Counted from the stretch's first letter, positions 14,261-24,393 are shown. The stretch is 32,126 nucleotides of DNA from Candidatus Moraniibacteriota bacterium (GCA_023261605.1 JAHFOP010000001.1:1-32126); one strand, 5' to 3'. The notes: generated from the letters alone by a model not told the origin. Program-made: numbers and translations.

Positions 14261-15220
14261 TTATACTATTTCCCATCCATCTGCCGTTTCTTGAATCTTG
14301 CCCTTAATTTCAAAGCCGGAGGCCAAGCGGTGGCCGCCACCACCGAACGTGGCAGCGATAGCTGAGACGTCGACACCTTTGTAGTCTTCTGAGCGGAGAC
14401 TGCCTTTTACGATGCCGTCGCCACGCTCAGAGAGTATCAAAGAAAATTTTGTGTCTGGTACAGTGTTCAGAATGTTGGCGATTTGAGCGATGTCCTCGTT
14501 GCCAGCGCCACATTCTTCTAAATCTTTCTGTGTTAGAATAGAAACGATCATGCCCGAAGCTGGATTGATACGAGCTTTTTCAAGAGCTTTGCCCCAAAGT
14601 TTTAGAGTAGCGATGCTTTTATTGGTGAAAGTGGTTTCAATTATCTTGGACAGGCGAGCACCTTTTTTTAGTAACTTGGAAGCTATTTCCATGACACGTG
14701 AAGTAGTGCTTGAATGCTGCAATGATCCAGTGTCGCCCAAAATACCCAAGAGAAGATATGTTGCCATTTCAGGAGAGAGGTCAACTTGGTTTGCTTCAAA
14801 AAAGTTGTAAACTATTTCACAAACAGAAGAATAGCTTGCGTCAATAACGTTAATGTCGCCACGCAGCGTGATGTCGGGATGATGATCCAAAATGGCGAGG
14901 ACTTGATTTTCAAGAAAGTTGTTTTTTATTTTTTCAAAGCCGCGCTCAACGCTGTCCGCGGCGATGATCAGATTATATTTTTTCAGATCCAATTGTTCAG
15001 GATTGGAAAAATCAACGCGGATGATGCTGCTCAGATAATCCGGAAATGGATCAAAACAGGCCACGTCGACATTCTTTCCAAGACTCTGAGTATATTCGCG
15101 GAATGCTAAAACCGACCCAACAGTATCGCCGTCTGGGTGAGAATGCGCGAAAAGAAGAATGTTTTCGGATTCTTTGATGGCAAAATTGAGAGTGTGAAAC
15201 TCTTGGGCAAAGGTTGACAT
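14261..15220 (-). CDS. nrnA: DHH/DHHA1 phosphoesterase (NrnA-like oligoribonuclease / pAp phosphatase)
   Basis: HSHPDGDTVGS, DHHPD, and the C-terminal GGGGHRLASGF. Confidence 0.8.
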   Translation of the reverse strand: MSTFAQEFHTLNFAIKESENILLFAHSHPDGDTVGSVLAFREYTQSLGKNVDVACFDPFPDYLSSIIRVDFSNPEQLDLKKYNLIIAADSVERGFEKIKNNFLENQVLAILDHHPDITLRGDINVIDASYSSVCEIVYNFFEANQVDLSPEMATYLLLGILGDTGSLQHSSTTSRVMEIASKLLKKGARLSKIIETTFTNKSIATLKLWGKALEKARINPASGMIVSILTQKDLEECGAGNEDIAQIANILNTVPDTKFSLILSERGDGIVKGSLRSEDYKGVDVSAIAATFGGGGHRLASGFEIKGKIQETADGWEIV

Positions 15221-15386
15221 AGTGGAAGTGTATTGAGGAGTTAGTTTCTTTACTAAGCGCTAATCATGTACGAACATACTAATTCGTATAAATCAGTTTA
15301 TGTTTTGAATTTAAATCGAGCCAATTTTTAAGAGATTGGTATATTAGTATTTGTTTAGTCTTTTGTAAAGATTATTTTATCAAAGA

Positions 15387-15719
15387 TTATCTAATCTCTT
15401 TAAGAATCCTCTCAATTTCGTCAGCTTTGGATTCAGTGAAATCGACGCGAAATTCAACTTTGGGCAGTGGCTTCATGTGCAGTTTTTTATTGAGGCTGCC
15501 TTGGATGCGGCGCACTTCCTTTTGCAAAGTTTTGATGGCGTAGTTCATCTCACTCTCCGGAAAAATACTGACGAATATACGAGTATAGCGGAGATCGAGG
15601 GAAGTGTCAACTTTAGCGATGGTTATGAAAACACCCTCCTTAAGAGAGAGCTCTTTCAAAATAATTTCGTCGACATTTTGTCGGACGAGATCGTTGATTT
15701 TGATGATTCGATTGCTCAT
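15387..15719 (-). CDS. rbfA: ribosome-binding factor A
   Basis: RIIKINDLVRQNVDEIILKEL...ITIAKVDTSLDLRYTRIFVSIF is RbfA-like. The ATG at 15719 is preferred over the TTG at 15749, which lies inside the AT-rich repeat array. Confidence 0.85.
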   Translation of the reverse strand: MSNRIIKINDLVRQNVDEIILKELSLKEGVFITIAKVDTSLDLRYTRIFVSIFPESEMNYAIKTLQKEVRRIQGSLNKKLHMKPLPKVEFRVDFTESKADEIERILKEIR

Positions 15720-15740
15720 AATTATCAATTTTAAATTCTC

Positions 15741-15849
15741 AATTTTCAATCAATTTACAATTGTCAATTATTTAATTTTCAATTTAAGTTATGTATAATA
15801 AATTGAAAATTTTAATATTGATAATTCATTGAAAATTGATCATTGAAAC
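15741..15849. repeat. AT-rich inverted-repeat array (AATTTTCAAT x2, ATTGAAAATT x2, plus partial ATTGAAAC) filling the infB-rbfA spacer
   Basis: Forward copies lie at 15741-15750 and 15774-15783. Reverse-complement copies lie at 15802-15811 and 15828-15837, with a partial copy at 15842-15849. The inner arms form a perfect 13-bp hairpin (15774-15786 / 15799-15811). Confidence 0.8.
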
Positions 15850-15852
15850 TTT

Positions 15853-17637
15853 CTACAGTGTTCTTTTTTTGATTTCTTCTCGATAGCACAAAAGCGTGTC
15901 ATCGACTTTGATTTTGGTTTCGCCGAGGAAAGTGATGCCACATTCTTTCTGGCCAACCACTTCGTCTACGTCAACTTTGTTTTCTTGCAAGTTTTTTAGA
16001 GATCCTTGGCCGATAGAATTTTCGCCGCGCATAACCTCAATGAGTGTTCCGTTGACCATCTTACCGGTCGAAATTTTCCCGCCGACAATCATGTCACCAC
16101 GCCCGGTTTTGAAAATGGCCAAGACTTTCATTTTGCCAAAATCAGTTCGCTCCACAATCGGTGGCAACATGGCTACTAATTTACTTTTAATATCGTCGAC
16201 TAATTCATAGATGACGCGAAAGTTTTTGATTTCCACTTTGGCGTTGTCTGCCATACGTTTGGCGACCGTCGTAGCTTCGACATTGAAGCCATACACGATT
16301 GCTCCGGTGTTGCCAGCCAAGCGAACATCGGATTCAGTGATGTTGCTGACGCCTATGTCAATGTAGTCAATGGCGACTTCAGTTGATTTAATTTCGCCTA
16401 AGATTTGTTGGATAGCTTCGAGTGAGCCCTGTACGTCAGATTTTAGAATTATATTCAAGCGTTTAACTTTTTCGTCCACGATCGTTTTCATGACAGTGCG
16501 CGTGTTGGACATTTCTTGCGTAGCATTTTGATTAAATTTTCCAATCATGGCTTTGTTTCGAGCATTGGCTTTGTCAGTTGCAACTTGCAAAATATCATTA
16601 GAGTTGGGGGCGCTGTTGAGGCCAATGAGGCTGATTGGGGAAGATGGTCCAGCTTCGGTGATGCGTTGACCTTTGAAATTTTCCATGCGGCGCACGCGGC
16701 CATAAGTTGTGCCAGCTACAATATCTTGGCCTTCTTTCAAAATGCCGGTTTTAACTAGAATAGTGGCCACAGGGCCTTTTTGTGGATCAAGATGTGATTC
16801 CAGAACGACACCTAATGGATCGCGGGTATAGTCAGCTTGAAAATCTTCCACTTCCGCCACGAGCAAAATATTATCCAATAAGTCATCAATGCCAATGTTT
16901 TTCTTGGCGCTGATTTTGGAAGCGAGGACTGTTCCGCCCCATTCTTCGAGTACAATGCCATGGTCGGCCAATTCTTGTTTCACGCGTTGAATGTTGGCTT
17001 CGGGTTTGTCAATCTTGTTGATGGCCACAACGGTTGGAATTTTTTTAGCCAAGAGATACTCGATGACTTCTTTGGTTTGTGGGCGCACGCCATCGTCCGC
17101 AGCAACCACGAGCACGGCAATGTCAGCCAAGCTCACGCCACGCTCACGCATGGCACTGAAAGCTTCATGTCCTGGGGTGTCGACAAAGGTGATCATCTGG
17201 CCTTTCTTTTTGACTTGATAAGCGGTGATGTGCTGCGTTATGCCACCGGATTCGCCTGCGGCCACACTTGATTTTCTGATGGTATCAAGCAGTGTGGTCT
17301 TGCCATGATCGACGTGGCCCAAAATGGTGACAATCGGGGGACGACCCTTCAGGTTTTCTCCGGATAATTTTTCTTTACGGAGCAGTTCATTTAACTTTTC
17401 CAAAGTCATCTCTTCCGAGGCTTCCGCCACCTCTTCCGAAACCGCAAATCCCAAGTCTTGGGCAATGATTGAAGCAGTTTCGAAGTCTATTTTTTCATTT
17501 ATGGTGGCCAAGATGCCGTTTTTCATGAGCTCAGTTATGATGACACTGATGGACAAATTTAAAGCTTCGCCGAATTTTTTTACGGTGATGACTTTTGGTA
17601 GAGATATTTTTTTTGGCGTAGGCGTAATTTCAGTCAT
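15853..17637 (-). CDS. infB: translation initiation factor IF-2 (short-N-terminus form)
   Basis: G-domain motifs GHVDHGKTTLLD, DTPGHEAF and NKID. 594 aa. Confidence 0.95.
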   Translation of the reverse strand: MTEITPTPKKISLPKVITVKKFGEALNLSISVIITELMKNGILATINEKIDFETASIIAQDLGFAVSEEVAEASEEMTLEKLNELLRKEKLSGENLKGRPPIVTILGHVDHGKTTLLDTIRKSSVAAGESGGITQHITAYQVKKKGQMITFVDTPGHEAFSAMRERGVSLADIAVLVVAADDGVRPQTKEVIEYLLAKKIPTVVAINKIDKPEANIQRVKQELADHGIVLEEWGGTVLASKISAKKNIGIDDLLDNILLVAEVEDFQADYTRDPLGVVLESHLDPQKGPVATILVKTGILKEGQDIVAGTTYGRVRRMENFKGQRITEAGPSSPISLIGLNSAPNSNDILQVATDKANARNKAMIGKFNQNATQEMSNTRTVMKTIVDEKVKRLNIILKSDVQGSLEAIQQILGEIKSTEVAIDYIDIGVSNITESDVRLAGNTGAIVYGFNVEATTVAKRMADNAKVEIKNFRVIYELVDDIKSKLVAMLPPIVERTDFGKMKVLAIFKTGRGDMIVGGKISTGKMVNGTLIEVMRGENSIGQGSLKNLQENKVDVDEVVGQKECGITFLGETKIKVDDTLLCYREEIKKRTL

Positions 17638-17639
17638 GA

Positions 17640-18155
17640 TTATTTATTTTTTTCAATTAAAGGCTTAGAACTCAAAGCTAATTTTATGGCTTCCTTCTCT
17701 TCTTCGGTGAGGGGATGTTTTTCAGTCAGGCCGGCGGTAATGGTTTTAGTATAGACTCGTGAGCCTTCTCGGGTGAAAAGTGAAGAGATGGTCAGACCGT
17801 CATTTTTACCATTGAGAATCGCGACGGAAAAACTTTGATCGCCGCCGACATCCTTGAAGGGGTTGAAGCGGACAACGCCGAGCTTATGAAAACCGCGGAA
17901 GGCCAATGCGTTGATTTGATTGGAAATCGTGTAGAGCTCCTGGATGTCTTTGTCGAGTAGTTTTATCGATTTGGCCTGAGAAAGCAATAAATCTTCTAAA
18001 TTGTCGACTTTTCCGCCAGCAAAAAATTCACGACTCTTTTTTTTCAAATTACTGACTTGGATTTGGAGTGTGATGTTCCAAGTCAGTAAAATCAGGCTAA
18101 CAAGCGAAAAAACAAGCAGGGAATAGGGAAAATAGTTTTGGATGACATTAGCCAT
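17640..18155 (-). CDS. DUF4446-like membrane-anchored protein
   Basis: An N-terminal TM segment is followed by a coiled region. VVRFNPFKDVGGDQSFSVAILN matches my recollection of the DUF4446 family. Its stop is 2 nt from the infB start. Confidence 0.65.
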   Translation of the reverse strand: MANVIQNYFPYSLLVFSLVSLILLTWNITLQIQVSNLKKKSREFFAGGKVDNLEDLLLSQAKSIKLLDKDIQELYTISNQINALAFRGFHKLGVVRFNPFKDVGGDQSFSVAILNGKNDGLTISSLFTREGSRVYTKTITAGLTEKHPLTEEEKEAIKLALSSKPLIEKNK

Positions 18156-18310
18156 TTCCGAGATAATTTTTGCTGATTACTTGTTTCAGACTAGCATTAA
18201 AACGAGGGAATGTAAAGGTTGGGACGCAAATTACAAATAAAATAAAAAATAAAAAAAATAAAAAAGGTTTAGACTATATGGCTGAACCTGTGGAAATAAA
18301 TAAAATAATG

Positions 18311-18341
18311 CAAAAGAACTGCTGTACAGCAGTTCTTTTTT
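18311..18341 (-). terminator. palindromic terminator downstream of groEL
   Basis: GAACTGCTG-TA-CAGCAGTTC, flanked by AAAA on one side and TTTTTT on the other. Confidence 0.65.
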
Positions 18342-18365
18342 AAAGGTGAAAAGTAAGGATATTTC

Positions 18366-20078
<1,713 letters not shown>

Positions 20079-20090
20079 TTAAAAAGCTTA

Positions 20091-20366
20091 TTATTCTATC
20101 ACTGCCAAGATGTCTTCATTTTTTATGAGGATGTACTTTTTGCCGTTGACTTTGATGTCTGTTCCAGAGTATTGACGGAAGATGACAGTTTGGCCTTTTT
20201 TGACTTTGATATCCTTAGATTCTCCGATGGCCATCACTTTCCCTTCTTTGGGAGTTTCTTTTTCGTTAGACTCTGGCAGATAGATGCCTTGGGCGGTTTT
20301 GTTTTTTACTTCTTGAGTCTCGATTAGAACATTTTCTCCAAGCGGTTTCACGTTAGTTTTTTCCAT
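20091..20366 (-). CDS. groS: co-chaperonin GroES
   Basis: VKPLGENVLIE...GIYLPE...EGKVMAIG. The ATG at 20366 is preferred because the GTG at 20390 would put the CIRCE element inside the CDS. Confidence 0.9.
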   Translation of the reverse strand: MEKTNVKPLGENVLIETQEVKNKTAQGIYLPESNEKETPKEGKVMAIGESKDIKVKKGQTVIFRQYSGTDIKVNGKKYILIKNEDILAVIE

Positions 20367-20383
20367 GATATTTTCATTAATAA

Positions 20384-20410
20384 TTAGCACTCGCAGTCGG
20401 AGACTGCTAA
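20384..20410. promoter_or_regulatory. CIRCE operator (HrcA binding site)
   Basis: TTAGCACTC-N9-GACTGCTAA compared with the consensus TTAGCACTC-N9-GAGTGCTAA (one mismatch). It ends 18 nt upstream of the groES ATG. Confidence 0.85.
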
Positions 20411-20415
20411 GATGT

Positions 20416-20443
20416 ATTTTATAGGAAAACTATAGTCTGTCAA
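20416..20443 (-). promoter_or_regulatory. groESL promoter
   Basis: The minus strand reads TTGACA-N16-TAAAAT immediately upstream of CIRCE. Confidence 0.55.
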
Positions 20444-20456
20444 GAGAAATAATTAG

Positions 20457-20543
20457 CGGAGGCGGAGGGATTTGAACCCCCGATGCCCTTTCGAGCATAC
20501 CGCATTTCGAGTGCGACCCATTCAACCACTCTGGCACGCCTCC
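20457..20543 (-). tRNA. tRNA-Ser(CGA), class II, no encoded CCA
   Basis: The reverse complement reads GGAGGCGTGCCAGAGTGGTTGAATGGG...: anticodon loop CTCGAAA, long variable arm, T arm GGGGG-TTCAAAT-CCCTC, acceptor GGAGGCG/CGCCTCC, discriminator G. Confidence 0.88.
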
Positions 20544-20680
20544 GTTATCGTACTATAATAATCTATAAGAATATCGCAAACTTATCAAGCGGGGTTATTT
20601 GGGTGATGGGTTGTGGAAAAAAGCGGTTGTTCGTTTTGGAAAATTATTGTAGAATATAAACAGCAAAAGGAAATAAAAAA

Positions 20681-21265
20681 ATGATCGAAGAAAATAAAAT
20701 ACAATTAGAACAAATTGTAGCGCCATCAACCTTTGGCACTCAATTCTTGAATCCGCAGAAAATTGTTGCACAATTGGAAATGCGTCCTGGGATGAAGGTG
20801 GCGCACTTCGGTTGTGGCACTGGATATTTCACTTTTCCAATTGCTGGTAAAATTGGAGAAAAGGGTACAATCTGGGCTTTGGACATTTTGGAACATAAAA
20901 TCGAACTCATTCGCAGCAACACTAAAGTTCTCGGATTGGGGAATGTGATTGTGAAAAGAGTCAATTTGGAAAAACCAAATGGATCCGGCTTGGAAGATGG
21001 TAGTGCGGACTGGGTGGTTATGGTAAATATGCTTTATCAAAACAGTAGGCAGAATCAAATCCTTGGAGAAGCGAAGCGAATATTGAATAGTACTGGGCGT
21101 ATTCTTTTGATTGATTGGAAAACAGCCAGCGGATCGTTTGGACCCGAGATGCATACTCGAATAGCAAAAGAAGACTTGCTCAAGATGATTCGAAAAAATG
21201 GATTGGGAATCGCTCAAGAATTGGAAATCGGTCAATTGTATTTTGGAATGATTCTGACTAAATAA
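20681..21265 (+). CDS. class I SAM-dependent methyltransferase
   Basis: Motif I VAHFGCGTGYFT, acidic residue ALDIL, and motif-post-I DWVVMVNMLY. Confidence 0.75.
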   Translation: MIEENKIQLEQIVAPSTFGTQFLNPQKIVAQLEMRPGMKVAHFGCGTGYFTFPIAGKIGEKGTIWALDILEHKIELIRSNTKVLGLGNVIVKRVNLEKPNGSGLEDGSADWVVMVNMLYQNSRQNQILGEAKRILNSTGRILLIDWKTASGSFGPEMHTRIAKEDLLKMIRKNGLGIAQELEIGQLYFGMILTK

Positions 21266-21293
21266 ATTCCTTAAGTTTATAAAAAATTTGGAA

Positions 21294-22703
21294 ATGAAGT
21301 ACTATATAAAAATAATTATCCTGGTTATTTTCCTTGGCGGACTTTTGACGATTTCGGGTTGTGGCTGCAAACAAGCAAATCCTCATCAATATGATTTGAG
21401 TCTGGAGATTTGGGGGACATTGGATGAGGGAGATGCTTTAAATGGAATTTTTGAAAATTATAGGAAAATCGACGCAAATATTTCCAAGATAACTTATAAA
21501 AAAATCGCTACGGATACTTATAAAAAAGAATTGATAGATGCTTTAGCCTCGGGGCAAGGGCCGGATATTTTTTTATTGAATAATACTTGGTTACCATCGT
21601 TTAAAGATAAAATTGTGGCGGCACCGACGACACAAGGAGTGCTTAACGAACAAAAATTTCGCAGTAACTTCGTGGATGTGGCAGCGAATGATTTTATAAA
21701 TGACGGAAAAATATATGCGGTTCCTTTGTCAGTCAATAGTCTAGGTTTGTATTATAATAAAGATCTTTTCAATCAAGCCGGCATCACGACTCCTCCAGTA
21801 GATTGGAACCAATTCATAGATGATGTGAGAAAACTTACTAAAATTGATGCGACTGGTGAAATCAGGCAATCCGGAGCAGCCATTGGCACGACGTACAATA
21901 TTAATCGTTCAACGGATGTTTTGAATCTTATTATGCTACAACGTGAAACGAATATGGTGAATGATCAAGGTCGAGCCAATTTCAACAGTTCTATAATACT
22001 AGGCAATCAGACAGCTTTTCCGGGGGAGGATGCGCTTAATTTTTACACTCAATTCGCTTCTTCCAGCTCGCCGAATTATACTTGGAATCCGAATCAACAT
22101 TATTCCATTGACGCTTTTGCGGAAGGGCATGTGGCTATGATGTTCAATTATTCTTGGCACATAGCGACAGTGACTAATAAGGCACCGAAATTAAATTTTG
22201 CCGTGGCTCCTGTGCCACAGTTTGCGGATACTCCTAAGGTTAATTTTGCAAACTACTGGGCATTTGGAGTAGCTAAAAATAAGATTGCAGAGAAGGGTAG
22301 TACTCAGAGTACTAAACCTCCGGCGAGCAATGATGAACGGGTGGCAGAAGCGTGGAAGTTTCTCACCTATCTGACTACCAAGCCGGATGGGACTTTTGTA
22401 GCGACTTCTTCTGGAATAGGACTGGGAAAAACTCTCAGTGCGGATTTTGATCCAGCTAAGAGTTATTTGGAGAAAACCGGTGAGCCGGCGGCCAGAAGGG
22501 ATATTATTGAAATTCAGAAAAATGATCCGACTATAGGGGTGTTCGCTACAGATAATCTGATTGATAAGAGCTGGAGCGAATCTGATCCATCTTCAATTGA
22601 AGCGATTTTTGCTGAAATGATTGATCAGGTTAATAAAGGACAGTCAACTGTTTCAGATGCGCTTAAAACCGCGTCAACTCGAGTGCAATCATTAAGCAAC
22701 TAA
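21294..22703 (+). CDS. extracellular solute-binding lipoprotein (ABC transporter SBP, family 1 / sugar type), orphan
   Basis: Lipobox LLTISGC, plus general SBP-family-1 features (GQGPDIFLLNNTWLPSF, YAVPLSVNSLGLYYNKDLF). The ATG at 21294 is preferred over the TTG at 21288. No permease or ATPase genes are adjacent. Confidence 0.8.
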   Translation: MKYYIKIIILVIFLGGLLTISGCGCKQANPHQYDLSLEIWGTLDEGDALNGIFENYRKIDANISKITYKKIATDTYKKELIDALASGQGPDIFLLNNTWLPSFKDKIVAAPTTQGVLNEQKFRSNFVDVAANDFINDGKIYAVPLSVNSLGLYYNKDLFNQAGITTPPVDWNQFIDDVRKLTKIDATGEIRQSGAAIGTTYNINRSTDVLNLIMLQRETNMVNDQGRANFNSSIILGNQTAFPGEDALNFYTQFASSSSPNYTWNPNQHYSIDAFAEGHVAMMFNYSWHIATVTNKAPKLNFAVAPVPQFADTPKVNFANYWAFGVAKNKIAEKGSTQSTKPPASNDERVAEAWKFLTYLTTKPDGTFVATSSGIGLGKTLSADFDPAKSYLEKTGEPAARRDIIEIQKNDPTIGVFATDNLIDKSWSESDPSSIEAIFAEMIDQVNKGQSTVSDALKTASTRVQSLSN

Positions 22704-22716
22704 TTTTTTAAATAAA

Positions 22717-23352
22717 ATGAAAAAGCGATTATTTATTTTTTTTACTTTGGCGGGATGGATGTCTTTTTGTCCAGCAACTTTTGCTGACACTAGCACTGGC
22801 ACTGGCAGCGCAACCTTTGTTAACCCGTTGGGATCAGTAACGACTGTTTCTGCTCTTTTGAGTTCTATCCTAACTAACTTGATGGGTGTGATCGCGATGA
22901 TATCTTTGATTTTTATTATTTTGGGCGGGTTGATGTATATGTTGAGCGCGGGTGATGAAACAATGGTGACGAGAGCCAAGAAGACTTGGACGGGAGCGGT
23001 GATTGGATTAGCTATTGCTATGGCAGCTCCAACATTTTTGAAAACAATCCAAACGATTTTGGGCGGAAATAGCAACACAGGCGCCAGCGCGGATAGTTGG
23101 GTGAGCAGTTCGCTCACTCTTCAGCAAATCGCAATGAATGTTTTGAATTTGTTGTTGTCAGTTATCGGAATTATTGCTATGATTGCAATGGTTGTAGGTG
23201 GCATAATGTATCTAACGGCGGCGGGGAATGAGAAGATGGTTGACAAGGGCAAAGATATTTTCAAGTATTCCATTATTGGAATAGTGGTGGCTCTCTCTGC
23301 TTTGGTAGTCATCAATCAAGTCAGTGTGCTTTTGACAGGCTCTGCAGGATAA
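22717..23352 (+). CDS. secreted double-module TrbC/VirB2-like (T4SS-pilin-like) membrane protein
   Basis: A signal peptide (...CPATFA|DTS) is followed by two copies of a TM-Y[ML][LT][SA]AG[DN]E-loop-TM module (aa about 55-105 and 145-200). Confidence 0.75.
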   Translation: MKKRLFIFFTLAGWMSFCPATFADTSTGTGSATFVNPLGSVTTVSALLSSILTNLMGVIAMISLIFIILGGLMYMLSAGDETMVTRAKKTWTGAVIGLAIAMAAPTFLKTIQTILGGNSNTGASADSWVSSSLTLQQIAMNVLNLLLSVIGIIAMIAMVVGGIMYLTAAGNEKMVDKGKDIFKYSIIGIVVALSALVVINQVSVLLTGSAG

Positions 23353-23408
23353 AAACAAAAATCAGGTGATTTCTAAAGATAAAAAATAAAATAGATTGGA
23401 GGTGCAAT

Positions 23409-23771
23409 ATGAAAAATAAAATTAAATCAATCGGATATGGCGCAATTTCAGCTATGATATTGGCGGCCCCGGCTCTGGCCAACGCTCAATTAGACGTCAC
23501 GGCCGGTGGAGGAACTGGTCTTCCGAGTAACAGCATATTTGCGATTGTTACCAATATTATGAAATGGATGTTAGCCATCGTGGGCATTGCGGGAGTGATC
23601 GGATTTGCTTTGGCAGGATTGCTTTATCTAACGGCGGCCGGAGATGAAACCAGAATTGGAACTGCAAAGAGCGCAATGCTGGCTTCCATTATTGGAGTGA
23701 TTGTAGCCTTAGCTGGTCTCGTGGCGCTGCAATTTGCTAAGACAATGTTGGGAGGTTCAGCACAATTCTAA
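23409..23771 (+). CDS. secreted TrbC/VirB2-like (T4SS-pilin-like) protein, single module
   Basis: GGAGG RBS, signal peptide ...APALANA|Q, then IAGVIGFALAGLLYLTAAGDETRIGTAKSAMLASIIGVIVALAGLV. Confidence 0.78.
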   Translation: MKNKIKSIGYGAISAMILAAPALANAQLDVTAGGGTGLPSNSIFAIVTNIMKWMLAIVGIAGVIGFALAGLLYLTAAGDETRIGTAKSAMLASIIGVIVALAGLVALQFAKTMLGGSAQF

Positions 23772-23811
23772 TTATAAGGAAAAGCCTTTTGAAATTTCAA
23801 AAACAAAAAGT

Positions 23812-23842
23812 GGCTGTGGATAATCCCAGCCTTTTTTGTTTT
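23812..23842 (+). terminator. intrinsic terminator between pilin-like genes 2 and 3
   Basis: Stem GGCTG(T)GG/CCCAGCC, then TTTTTTGTTTT. Confidence 0.6.
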
Positions 23843-23868
23843 CAAAATAAACAAAGAAGTGTTATAAT
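23841..23868 (+). promoter_or_regulatory. promoter of the third pilin-like gene
   Basis: TTCAAA-N16-TATAAT with an extended TG (TGtTATAAT). Confidence 0.45.
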
Positions 23869-23906
23869 ATGTTTGTAAATAAAATAAAATAGAATATAAA
23901 AATAAA

Positions 23907-24275
23907 ATGAAAAACACGAAAAAAGTATTATTTTTAAGTCTGGTTATTCTAGGGGGAATGTTTTTTGTTGGGCAAGCGCAAGCAGCTTCTACAGGCTGGA
24001 ACATTGACAGTCTAACTTCCTATGGCCTCTCAAGCGCATCTATTAAGGATATCCTGGTGAATATTTTAAATTGGATCCTAGGCATCTTAGGAATTGCGGG
24101 TGTGATTGGTTTTGCTATTTCAGGGTTTATGTATCTTTTGGCCGCGGGCAATGAAACAATGACAGGAAATGCCAAAAAAGCCATGACAGCTTCAATCCTG
24201 GGTGTGGTGGTCGGCCTTTCTGGTTTAGTTATTATCCAAGCGGTGGATATGGCTCTTAACGCAACTACTTTCTAG
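23907..24275 (+). CDS. secreted TrbC/VirB2-like (T4SS-pilin-like) protein, single module
   Basis: Signal peptide ...VGQAQA|AS, then IAGVIGFAISGFMYLLAAGNETMTGNAKKAMTASILGVVVGLSGLV. Confidence 0.78.
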   Translation: MKNTKKVLFLSLVILGGMFFVGQAQAASTGWNIDSLTSYGLSSASIKDILVNILNWILGILGIAGVIGFAISGFMYLLAAGNETMTGNAKKAMTASILGVVVGLSGLVIIQAVDMALNATTF

Positions 24276-24341
24276 CTAGAACAATGCTTGCAAACTCCAA
24301 TTGGAGATGAGAAGAAAACAGTAGCTGTAAAAAAAAAGCGG

Positions 24342-24370
24342 TTGACAAAAAAATCATTTTTTGCTAGAAT
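24342..24370 (+). promoter_or_regulatory. nusA promoter (TTGACA-N17-TAGAAT)
   Basis: Read directly. Confidence 0.65.
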
Positions 24371-24393
24371 CATATTGCAATGAGGGGAGTAAT

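Noticed and set aside
22717-24275. Diversity-generating retroelement target/template pair, because of repeated similar segments among the pilin-like genes (DGRs are common in CPR).
   Set aside because: No reverse transcriptase is in the window. The repeats differ at all nucleotide types rather than adenine-specific positions, and they correspond to whole protein modules (paralogy).
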